A stretch of DNA of 63,485 bases, the filler included, from Collodictyon triciliatum (Eukaryota): NCBI GenBank assembly GCA_043381765.1. It is 5 parts of 5 records of this genome, joined end to end, with 100 filler letters (N's around TTAATTAATTAA, not from the genome) between each part and the next. Parts side by side here need not be neighbours in the genome. Positions count along the whole stretch, not along the records: positions 25,441 to 38,060 come from JBHJMP010002137.1; positions 38,161 to 50,779 come from JBHJMP010002138.1; 3 more parts are not named here. One strand, 5' to 3'. Shown here piece by piece: positions 35,701 to 47,609 of the stretch. Each line of letters begins with the position of its first letter. Within the stretch, counting starts at the first letter, position 1. Both the position numbers and the translations under genes were made by a program. Under the pieces are notes generated by a model. That model saw only the letters and a program-made list of their open reading frames with translations, did no database searches and was not told the origin of the DNA.

Positions 35701-38060
35701 TAAACTTTCTTCTATGATGCGATTTACTACACTAAAAGGCTCTTCCTACGAAAATAGTGATATTCCCTTTTAATGTATCACGGGATATATTATGACTTTT
35801 CATAATCTTTAGTAATGATATCATTCAATCATGTATCCACCCCAGGAGGGTGGAGAGGATGGAATTAGGGTTAGGGTTAGGGTTGGGTATGGTGTTTTTT
35901 TCATTACAAAATACATGTATCATATATCAAACCAAGGAAATTACATATTCGTCGAAGGGGTCACGCCTTGATAAAAGCTCCCAAACGACGATACCTAAAC
36001 TGTACATGTCCGAGTTCTGACTGAAGTTGTTTTCTTTTAAAACCTTGAAGCCCAGAAGAAAATTATTGTTGATTAGGGTTAATTGATCAAAAGAAAAAGA
36101 AAAACTCGTACATGCATTACCTCTGGAGCAGACCATAAAATGCTGTGATAAAACTCGTTTTTTCGAGTACAGGAGTCTCTAGTTCTCTGGAGACCAAAAT
36201 CGCTGAAAAAATGATTTAATAATAAATAAATATCCATAGTCTAATAATTTTTGTCCATAACTGAATGGCACGCTCTAGAAAAAGCCAGATTTACCTGAGC
36301 TTTACAGACCACCTTTCGTCCACCTAGTTGGAAAATTTGCATTTGAGTAAAGTTAGTTAATCAGATTTATATTTGCGAAAGAAATTCGATTCACCAGTAT
36401 ATTTCTGCTTGTAAGACTTCCATGAATAATTGGAGGCTTAGATAAATGGAGATACTGAAGTCCTGATAAAAAATAAGTAAGCATAAAAATAATACTTTGA
36501 TATGATTCTTTATGCACGATAATGCTACCTTTTACAACTCCAAGGAGGATTGAGCTCACACGATTCCAGGGCAATAATATATCATGATTGAATTTGATCG
36601 AATGCAAGTCTCCTTTCTCCATGAACTCGAATATAAATGCGATATTTGGTTGTTCCAGACACGCACCCATGTATAGAACCAGATTTGGATGGCGGATTTC
36701 GCTTTAATTAATATTTTAAAAATTTTTTAGAAAAGGCAGAGAAAATATGAAAAGTATGCAGTTCACTTAAAAAAAAAACACGAATACGTGAGCGCAGCCA
36801 TGTCTTCAAACACGGTGTTCTGGACATCTTTGATGTTCTGGTTTGATAGCCTTTTGACAGCAACCTTTCCACCTCGCAGAATTCCTTCGTACACCTGCCC
36901 AAAGAAATAGATGAGTTTCTGACAAAAGATAAAACAAAAGCAGTACTGCAACAGATTACCTCAAAGACTGACCCTTTTCCAATCAATTTTCCAGCTTCAA
37001 GGGCCTCCCAAGGATATGACGCAAGAATTTTCCTCTTTTCGAAAATTCACATTTCAAAGTAATTTATTCATATATAATAAAATAATTTCAAAATAAATTG
37101 TATTTAACGCAAACATACCATGTGGGACTCGTTTATATTGTGAACTTGTCTTTTTACTCGGCGTAAATAGATGAAGGCAGACGAAATAAAAACAGCAGAT
37201 ATAGACAAAGCAATCAAGACAATTGCAAAGATAGGCATAGAATCTAAGAAAAAAAGTAAAAAAAATTAGGGAATGAAGGAATTCGTTTGCTTACAAATCT
37301 GCTGTTGAAATGAAACTTACCTTCCTTATTTTCATCTGGGCAGAGGGGCTAATAATAAGAGTATTGTTAAATGTATAATTATAATGCACACAAAAAGATG
37401 AAATTCAGAGTTACATTTTTATCAGACACGAAGCATTTTGAGCAATCATTCGTTTTTGAGCGATAATATCCGACATTACAGGTACATTCTCGACTGTTTG
37501 AGAGGTGGCTGTTTGGAGGACAATCTATTATATTTCATTTTTAAAAAAATCAATTAATTACGAAAAAATAAAATAAAAGGTGATGTTACACGAGAAGGAA
37601 AAGGTATATCTCACCATGGTAAGACAAAGAGAATCCCTTTCCTCCTCCATTTTTGTTCGAAACAAAGTGGATGTAAAATTGTCTTGTGGTAGAATGAAGC
37701 ACTCTAGATTTCTCTGACTTCTTTGTCTTTGAAAGGATTTGTCTTACAATTTATGGAATAATAACAAAAATTCATGGACACTTCTGCCTATTTTAAGTCG
37801 ATACATACAAGCGAGTCGCTATATTGGCCAATAAGTGACATGGTTTCCCTCTCTGGTGAATCGTAGATGGACAAATAGTCTCCACTTCCGATATTCTCGT
37901 TGCTGACAAATAGGTAGTTTGCCTGTAATATTGTTTAGTAAATTTGAGCTGCGTGGCGCAAACGCGATGGTAAAAGTGTCTATTAATATAAAATATACAT
38001 TATTGACTATCCATGAGCAATTTGTATTCGGTTGGTACTCGGCACTAAAACTTCCATCAG
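32765..38060 (-). CDS. Single-pass receptor: Cys-rich ectodomain, TM, pseudokinase, class III cyclase-like domain, TKL-type protein kinase; 5' truncated
   Basis: Ectodomain CPPNS...CTCNVGYY...[29 protein letters not shown]. Kinase 1: [29 protein letters not shown]. Cyclase: [33 protein letters not shown]. Kinase 2: [26 protein letters not shown]. Confidence 0.92.
35865..35887 (+). repeat. Interstitial telomere-like repeat (TTAGGG)3 TTGGG in an intron
   Basis: Directly visible. Confidence 0.7.
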
Positions 38061-38160
38061 NNNNNNNNNNNNNNNNNNNNNNNNNNNNNNNNNNNNNNNN
38101 NNNNTTAATTAATTAANNNNNNNNNNNNNNNNNNNNNNNNNNNNNNNNNNNNNNNNNNNN
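38061..38160. other. Artificial scaffold spacer
   Basis: N44-TTAATTAATTAA-N44. Confidence 0.97.
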
Positions 38161-38220
<60 letters not shown>

Positions 38221-38349
38221 AGAGAAAAGAAGAAAGACAAAGTAGAACTAATCAATAATAGGGACGGCAAAATATACAAATATTGACAAAAGAAAAGAAA
38301 ACACACAATGAATTGCGATATTAAATCCAAGAATCTAGACAATCCTTAC

Positions 38350-40712
38350 ATCTGGGCAAACGCACAGAATATCGATATTGCAACAGAAGACATCAGCACG
38401 TAAGACAACTTTAGATACATATCCAACTTCAAAGTCTGCTTCCGAATCCTTAAATTTTCGATGGTCCCATTAAGAGAACGAAGAACCTTTTACAGTGTTA
38501 AACGATGACGGTCAATTATGACGTATACTATAAAATGAAAAAAAAGAATAAAGAGGATACATCTTCATCGCTTTTGATGTGTACGGACAGAAAACAATCT
38601 GAAAAAAAAGAAGAAAAGAATTACAATCCATGTAAATCCAGCATCGAGGGCCGCAACTGGTATGATAAATATCAAACGGACAAACGCATTCACACCAGAA
38701 TTCATGTGAATATCTTCAATTATCTCCAAAACACCAGCAAAGATGAAGAAAACAAGGCCGAATGACAAGACTTTAGGCATGTTTGAACCAAGGGTAGGAC
38801 TGCGTTATTGTATATGGTCGCTTAAGTAATTTATTTTCATATACAAGCAAATGGAGATCAACTGCTTTATTTTTTAAAAAAAGATAAATTAAAACAAAAA
38901 TATTCTTGTTTCATGATAAACAAACCGAACAACTCCGTATCCCATGGAAACGAGAAGGAGAAGAACACGAGAGACAGTTCGTTTCAAGACATTGAAGAAT
39001 GTGCCAGCAATTTCCAAACCAACATCTATTTCACATATTACCCAAATAATGAAATGAAATTGATTACTGAAACTAAAGATGCCATTCTATACTATTTTTG
39101 ATAGACTAATTATGCAGAAAGGAAAGGGGATGAATATTCCAAAAAACAAAAACAAACTATTTTCATGTTTTCATCATCAAATATATCCAAGCAGAAAAAA
39201 AAAAAGAAAAGAGTAATTATATTTCTTTTTCAAATAACGAATCAATAAAAATCTTCTTACCGATATTTCCAGAGTCATTTTGTTCGTTCCAATATGAAAA
39301 GACGATTGACATTTCAATCAACCCGAAGACGATGATGATACCGATGAAGCCCTAGGTGGCGAACAGAGGTAATTAAAATACAGAATGCCTGCTAAACATG
39401 ATATCAGCACGTACTTGGCCTTTGAGCATTATGGTAGACATTTCTTCAAACCTGAAGCTTCGACAGCTCTCTCCAATGAAGAGCAGAAAGGACAAGCCAA
39501 AAGAAAGCGAGAAGCGAATACCCAACCGTCAGAATCATATATAACTATTTTTTTTTAATTTTTAAGAAATCTGATATTACTTGCACTTAGAAAGTGAGAT
39601 AAACTCCGAAATGAAATAGATCTATTTAGTCGTTATATCATGGAAAAATAACAGCGCCAATGAACGATTTACAAACTGGGAGAAGGATATAAAATTGTCC
39701 GGGGAGATAGCCATATGGATTTTTCCATTGAGAAAGTCCATTAATCAGAACTTCGCCCGTCTTTGTATTGCAGCTGGAGAAATATAGATGATATACACCA
39801 GTTTTCTTTATGTTGTATCTCTAAATCGAATCGCTCGATTAGTTTAAAAGTCACGGGTAAATGTTTTTATCACATAGTAGATAATACACAGCTGACATCG
39901 ACATTCGATTCTACAATGAAATAAGAGGAAGAGAAAACCCATAAAATATACTTCCTAGCTTACTAGAACATTACATGTGCGCAATTTAATCAAATGAATA
40001 ATTAGTCAAAAAGAAAAAGAAAGAAAAAGAAAAAGAACGGGTTAATATATAACTCACAGCCTCAAGCCTGACAGATGACTGCTCAGCTTCGAAGCGAGCT
40101 GTCCATTGCTGGAGGGTGGTTGTTCCATCATCAACAAGAAATTGATGCGGAGTGGCACATAGTTGATCGTCATAAAGTTCATCAGAGCAACAGTAACCCA
40201 CCTTTGAATAAATTTCATGGGATTCATACAAAGAGTCAGTACCTGTATAAACATACGCGAATGAAAAATGTGCAGATGATGTAGAGAAATATAAGATAAA
40301 CAGATAAAGTGTTCTCGGTCAGGATTGATTATTTGAATATGAAATAACCGAGCCATCGTCGAAATGGTATCCAATGTGCGGCAAATCAACAGAATGGAGC
40401 AGAATGACCTCTACAAATCCCTCAAACTCGATAGAATCACGATCGAAAGTTACTAAAATAATAATAATAATAATAAAACAAAAGGAAGAAAAGGACATTA
40501 ATCATGGTGAGAGAATAGCTCAAAGGAAATACAGTAAATAGGGAACATTACAATCCAATTCGATGAAACTCTGGCTCCCAGCACCAGCAGGTGTGTCATC
40601 TGGTGCATACATCCCAACACTTTGGTGAATGATATAGTTCCCGGTTTGGTCGTTGTGCAGCTGCCCAATTAATGAAGTAAAGTGAGCACGCTATTATGGG
40701 ATATATCGCCAT
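38350..40712 (-). CDS. TMEM87: TMEM87/GPR107-like (GOST, Lung_7-TM_R) protein; 3' truncated
   Basis: Signal-peptide-like start MAIYPIIACSLYFINWAAA; YCCSDEL...C, IKKTGVYHLYFSSC, WKNPYGYLPG, KRTVSRVLLLLVSMGYGVV|PTLG, IPVAALDA, LRIRKQTLKLDMY. Confidence 0.88.
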
Positions 40713-40984
40713 AGCTGTGCATTTCTTCTCGGAAAAATAAAAGCATAAAAAAAGCATAAAAAAAGCATAAAAAAGCATAAAAAANNNNNNNNNNNNNNNN
40801 NNNNNNNNNNNNNNNNNNNNNNNNNNNNNNNNNNNNNNNNNNNNNNNNNNNNNNNNNNAAGCATAAAAAAAGCATAAAAAAGCATAAAAAGGCTTACAGA
40901 AAACAAAAACAAAAATAAAAAGAGGAGAGAACTTTGTCAAAAATATGTGTGTATGATATTTTAAATTGAAATTGATAGTGTCGA

Positions 40985-43900
40985 CTAAGAACGAAAATAT
41001 AAACCAGAGAACTCTGCAGCCTGAAAACTCTCCTTGTTCGATGAAAATATATCTGCCAGGGCGAACTGCTTGGGTGTTGAGCTCTGGGCACCCGGTAGTA
41101 TCTGAGCCCTCAAAGATTCGAGCCATGTTTGCACTATACTTTCATTATCCGAGTGAAAATAAATTATTTCACTCTCCAATTCTATCATAAATGTGAATCC
41201 GTCGATATTTGGCGAGACAACAGATTCTGGTATGGTTGCGCATGCAGAGACTGATGAAATCTAATGATTTTGAAAAAGAAACACATGAGTGATGTAAAAT
41301 TTAATGAAGGATTTCTAATGAAGCGTATCCAAAAGCTACCTTCTTCAGTCCCAGAGAACGCACAGGCTCTGAATCACCCGACGAGTTTATGAATATTATT
41401 TTATCACCCTGATTATTAGATGGGGAAAAATGGAGGAATAAAATAATAGTAAAAGAGAAGTTAAAATAAAAAAAAGATATCATCCAACTATAAAACTTCA
41501 CTAGTTAAAAAGATAAACAAGAGTGCAACATATCGGTCTGACAGTATCATGGATGAATACATTTTTCGATTTATCTTTTACCTGTAATACAACAAAATAT
41601 AACCTCCAAACGTCTGAGGGGTTCGCCAAAGTGTATGTTAAAAATGAATCCTCTAGATATTTCTGATTTGAATAATAAGTGAATTTGTGCCTCAATAAAT
41701 TCATGTTTATAAAGACTGTGAAGGAAAGGGAGTGGTAAAACTGAGCTGCGACGGGGGTCTCGATCACAGCACACAAATAATGAAACCTACCATGCTTTTT
41801 GTCAGCGATCCAAACATTTTGTTTTTTGTGGGACGTGAAGATGAAAGCTTCTGAACGGAGGATGATAAAGTTGCGGATAGGGAAGAGGATATTGATGAGG
41901 ATACGGACGATGCATCATTGAGAGAGCCCTCAGTTTGGGCACTACGATGCGGAATGACTGATCCAGATACCGGAATGGTTGGGGATGCGCGATATGATGA
42001 ACTGTTTGGTAGAGGGGTTGTCTCAGGAACTCGCGGTGACGAATGTGGGGACTGTGCCTTCGGTAAGATATGCGCACGAGGAACGGCCGATAAGTTTGAT
42101 ATACAACTTTTTTTTTTTTTTACATAGTTGCCAGTTATATGAATAGCATCGAACTTGAGCCAAATGAAATTTGTGTTGATGCCAGGCACCAGAAAGGAGG
42201 GGAAAATTATATACGTGAAATAATTGTTTGAGAAAACATACAAGAACAAATTTGCTGAATGCTCTTATCCATGCAGATCTGTCATCGGATGATTGGGCCT
42301 AAATTTCATGTAAGAATTAATAAGTATAAATATTTTTTTCTTTGAGTTCTAATATCTATGATATGTTGTTTTACTTCAAAAATCCAGCTTTCGCTAGAAC
42401 TCTGCACACGGAATCCACAAGGAGGCATCTCGACCTGACAAAAAATAAATTGAAATATTAAGAAATGGCAATTCCAAGGAGAACCGATAAATTACTTCGG
42501 GATACACAAACAATACACACAGATTATACGAAATACCACATACTACACGGGCCTACACATTTACAAGGTATTGAATCATACTTTGTCTATTCTTAAATCT
42601 GGGGGGAAAATGATAAGCGACTGCTCCTTGTCATATATTTTCGCTGTCATCTCCAATTTGCTTTCCTAGATTCATTTCCACATATCATGACAATATTTTA
42701 GGCTGTAATCGAATCAGAATTGATAACTCTTAAAAGCAAGAGAGTGATATGTTGTTACCTCAGATTTATTTTGGAAATACAAACAACAGTCTAGTATTGA
42801 TTGCTCTCGTTTAAACTGTGTACTAAGTTTCAATTTCGATCTATGTAGCAATATTCTTTCATATCCATCGCTTAAAAGAGACGACGATTCCTATGATATG
42901 ATGTATCAACCACAAAAAAAAATCATCCTAATCACACACTTGAGCCGATTAATTAAGAGATATGTTATGATTTTAAATGTTATTACGTGTGGAGGTGTAT
43001 CCTTGATGCTTGAGCTGGAGCTCGATTTCAATAGCGGGCTAATTCCACATGATGACACAGAGAGAGTCTGCGGCTGCGATACATGTTGCCTGAATGATAG
43101 AGCGGTTTCTTCTGATGGAATTGAAGGACTCAACAAAACCGGCTCAGTCTGTAACACAATATGAATAATTGAGAATTTGAAGCACTTCAGACACAAGGTA
43201 AAGGCACGTTCGCTTAAAACCAAACAAGTAGGCAACATGCAATTATTTATGATTGATATTTTGGTTACAACAGAAAGACAAAACCATAATCAGCACACAA
43301 GCACACAAGCGCACACATATATGCTCTCTCGTTCTGTTCTTAAGCAATACCTCCTCACTGAGGGATACTCTTTTCGTAACTAAGGGGTCAGAGAACAGAT
43401 CGGTGGTAGATTCTAATTCTTCACTCTCCTCTGTTATTGTCTTAACTTTCTTCCCAATGATCTTCCAACCTGTGAAGCTACGAATTTCCTCATTCTGCGT
43501 AATATTATGTTTAGGTCCATCTTGAGATACTTCTGTCAACGCCTCTAGAGCCGGAATCTTTGGAGACCCTGAAAGGGTAGTAGACCTTTCGTGCGTTCGG
43601 GCGGGTGAGAGGAGCATGCATAAATGTCTCAAGTGGAAATAAATAAATTCAAGGAGCGAAGGAACATGTCCGATTAATTTACCTTCTTCGAAGAGGAAGA
43701 GATTTTGAGAGACTCCTCTCTCTCCTTTCGCGGGCGGCAATCAAGTCGTTGTAGAATGTTTGGCAGACCTCCTCTGATATCGACAGGATATACATTTTGG
43801 CGTCGGAGTTGGATAATATGACGCATTTGTTTACATCGCTTGGGTTGAAATCATTAAAAAGCATATCTCTGGCATCTGATGCTTTTTGTACCTTTGTTAT

Positions 43901-45949
43901 CAGATCCAGCGGAATTTTTTTCATATCCTCTCTAAAATCAACAAATAAATCGCAACAAATCCAAAATTCAAAGGATAGAATTTAGATCATGACATACACA
44001 TAACAACAAGTTGGGGATTTTTTTCTTTTTTAAGGAAAGATATTACTTATCAACTTTGAAGCTTGGCTTGTAATATGCGATATCCCGGGGGAGAATAATC
44101 ATATGCTTGGCCTTCCAACCTTTCTTATTCGTACTCTTGCGAACCATAAATACTAAATTCGACCTTGATTCCTCTAGTTTCAAGTCTGATTGTGGTTCCT
44201 AAATTGATATAAATATCGTTGTATTTTGTTTTTCAAAATTTAACAAATTGTGATACTGATTTTGCTTATCAAGTCAACAAGAAAACACTAATAGTGAAAC
44301 GATTACAACAGCAGTCTGACCTTTTTCGGTGGATCATTCTCAATCACGATAGAGTCTTTTGGTTTCGAAATAGATGCCATCAGCTTACTTACTGATTCAT
44401 GTGATAAGTCCAAAGCCAAGGAATACCTGCTTTTTAGCGATTTAATGTGATCTGGAGCCTTTTGAGGCTGGTTGCTCAGGGTGATTGATGTATTGATGGT
44501 TGAAGCATCTTTGCTAATGCTATGGAAATCGGAGGCGGAGCTTTCATACGACAACTTGAGATTTTGGAGTGTCACAGCTATCTTTTGCACCCACTCTTTC
44601 TTTTTCGCTGCAGTTTCAGCCATAAAACATGTGTCTTTGGCACCACACTTTAACGCAAAACATCTTTCAAGTTCATCTCTTGATATTCCTGGAAAGCTCT
44701 GTGGATTGTCTCGAAGTTTTGCTGTTTCATCAAAAACGATGGTACCAACTATCTCGGACTTTGAGGAATCTTTGAAATAGCTGAGTGTGAATCCGTCAAG
44801 CATAAAGTATCGCAAGCGCCACCTCCAGCTGGTAAATGTTCGCTTTTGTAGATTTCCTTCGATCTGGGTGAACTGTTTCAAGCTTGTTCAGAAAGGTGTC
44901 GAGGCATTAAGACAAAGAGAACAATTAAAAAAGAAAAAGGAAAAAAGAAAGAAAAAGAAAGAAAAAGAAAGAAAAAGAAAGAAAAGGAAGAAAAGGGAGA
45001 AGAAAAGGAAGAAGAAAAGGAAGATTGGGTAAAAGAACTATATTTCAGGGTATTGTAAAATGTGAATGCCTGCCTTGTATCCTTCTTTTTGGACCAACTG
45101 AGCGACCTCCATCTTGACCGGCTTCAAATCACGAATATTTCTCTCCCAAGTTGTTCTTATCAGTTCCTTCCAATGATTTGCTCCGTCTTGTGTTTCCCAA
45201 AGCAGCACTATGGCGGGTGCCCCGAGTCCGATGACTACAGCCCGTGTAACTTGCTCTGGTCTAGAAAGAATTCCGAAATAATGAATAATCAACAATAAAT
45301 TATACATTCCAATTAATAGAGATAAAATATATTGATGAATAATAGAGAAAAGGTAGCAAACGGATGTAAATGGAATATTTAAGCCCAAATTCATTGAATA
45401 AACAGAAGAAAAGAGAGGCCGCTATTTGGAGCTTCAATTGAAAGTTCTTACGCAACTCCGTGCTCTGCGGTGGCCTCTACATGCTGAACCCCGGTTATAT
45501 TAGTCAACGTAATCGTGTTGATTGGATCCGGGTCATATCTCCTCTTGTAAAATAAGAGTTGTGTTGGGTAAAGGCAACACCACCTCTCTGGGGTGAAAAA
45601 AAAAGTATTAACTCCAAAAAAAAATCCATAAAATTGCGTACCTGAATTTGTGGTTAAGAAAAAGAAAAGGAAAAAGAAAAAAAGAAAGAATGAATGAGTG
45701 AAGACACGTAACATAATAGATATATAAAAGAGTTTAACCTTTCCAGCTCCAGCTATTCATTTTCTTCTTCTTGAGAAACCCTTGGATGATAGGTCCATGA
45801 TCCTGCCACGACAAGGAACCGCAAAATCAGACCACCCGTGAATATATCGCAAACAAGCTCCCAAGCGGATCAAAAAGAGATAATCATTCATAACGTGCAC
45901 AGTGTATATATGTTACGGGCATGGAGCTTCTCACCTTCGGCTCATCCAT
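40985..45949 (-). CDS. Multi-PH-domain protein (about five PH or PH-like domains, Ser-rich linkers)
   Basis: QGFLKKK..SWKERWCCL..LLFYK...ANHWKELI; EGNLQKR..WRLRYFML..LSYFKD...KKEWVQKI; KGWKAKHMII..IAYYK; FEAQSSDDRSAWIRAF; FHSDNESIVQTWLESL. Confidence 0.75.
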
Positions 45950-46084
45950 CGAGTTTGGCCCACAGCAAGCTTTGTGGCGATCTTCTTACACATAGATGTT
46001 TGTATTTTTAGTATAAGCGAATACGAATCAAAAGCGACGGAGTTGATCAAAAGCAAAACGAATGAATAAATAAAGAAACAGATA

Positions 46085-46186
<102 letters not shown>

Positions 46187-47609
46187 CAGATATATAACAA
46201 ATAGATATATAATAAAAAGAAAAGAAAAAGAAAAAGAAAAGAAAAAGAAAAAGAAAAAGAAAAAGAAAAAGAAAAAGATATCACATGACAGAAAGACTTT
46301 GCATGCTACTTCCTCGCCTGATTATGAAGCGATTACATCGCACATGTGCTTTTCGCCATTATAAAAGGTCTCGGGACAAATAAATACTTGAAACAAAAGG
46401 AGACAAAAGAAACCGACTGAGAGTCTATTGCCTGGTGAAGCAGGCTTTGGGAATCAAGGGTGGACATAAAGAGCCCTAGGGTCGGGATTGTCTTGCTGCA
46501 CTGCGCAAGTGGCAGGCTTTTGCTTCGTGGGCAGATAGGGCAACGGAACGCAACGAAGGGATAGGGAAAAAATCTCGCTGATAGGACAGGGATTTGACAG
46601 ATTGACTTTGTGGTGATTGCCTTTGTGATTGATCATCGCCTTCGAAAAAAGGAAAATGCATTGCGCGTGGCAGAAACCTATCAAATGAGTGGTGGTTGGC
46701 AACTGATTGTGAATTCCACGATTAGAAATAGGGCGTTGGACAGACTTTGCATCCGGGGTTGTTCTGCCTTCAGGGACTTGGTGCCAAGAGAAACAAAGAA
46801 ATAAACGGGCGCTTTGTCTGCTCGAGCTGTAATTTGGCACTCTGGTGGAGATGCGAAGAAAGGCGAGAGAATACTGTGTTCTATTGTCTGTATATGCAGC
46901 GGCGTAAAAAATAAGATAAATAATTAACGGTTAAAACAAAAAAAAGAAAGAAAAGAAAAGTAGAACGAAGGGTGATTTAGAATAATGGATGCACATGTAT
47001 ATTTTTTCATCATAGCATCGCTCACTTTCACTAAAATTAAATCATGTGCGCGACCAGCGATGGAGAGTTGGTTCAAGAACATTCACGACTTTGTCCTAGT
47101 TTTTTCGATTACAAGGGGACGCCGATACACAATTTTATCCGTGTTTCAAAAAAAATAATCATGGGAAACATAGAAAAATAAAACTGTACATGATGGAAAA
47201 ATAAACTTATGTATCTACACACGCCGATAGAAAAATGTGTTTTACAGAAATGTCGTAAAGTTTTCATACAATAAAGCTCGAGTATTTATATGTCCGAGTG
47301 AAGGTTAGGGCTCTCTACACATTTTAATTCAAGAAGCCTCATTTTCTTTCCAGTAAAACAGTTATTGAAACCATTCACTTCAATTGACTCTACTGGTCCA
47401 TTTTGATGTTGTAAACGCAACTCCGCTGTGGTGCCCCTGGCTTGAATGCACTGCTTTTCTTGCTTTTAACTGGAAATCAAATGTTTCTGAAACGAAACAG
47501 TATTATTTTTACTTTTTAAAATCTGCCTTTTCAATTTCGATGCCATATATTTAAAAAATGACAGTGTAACATTACTCACAATCATATTAATGGACTATAA
47601 ACATCTCTC

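Noticed and set aside
46290-46900. GC-richer segment as ncRNA or small gene
   Set aside because: No recognisable RNA motifs or protein signature; more simply the 5' UTR or promoter of the PH-domain gene.
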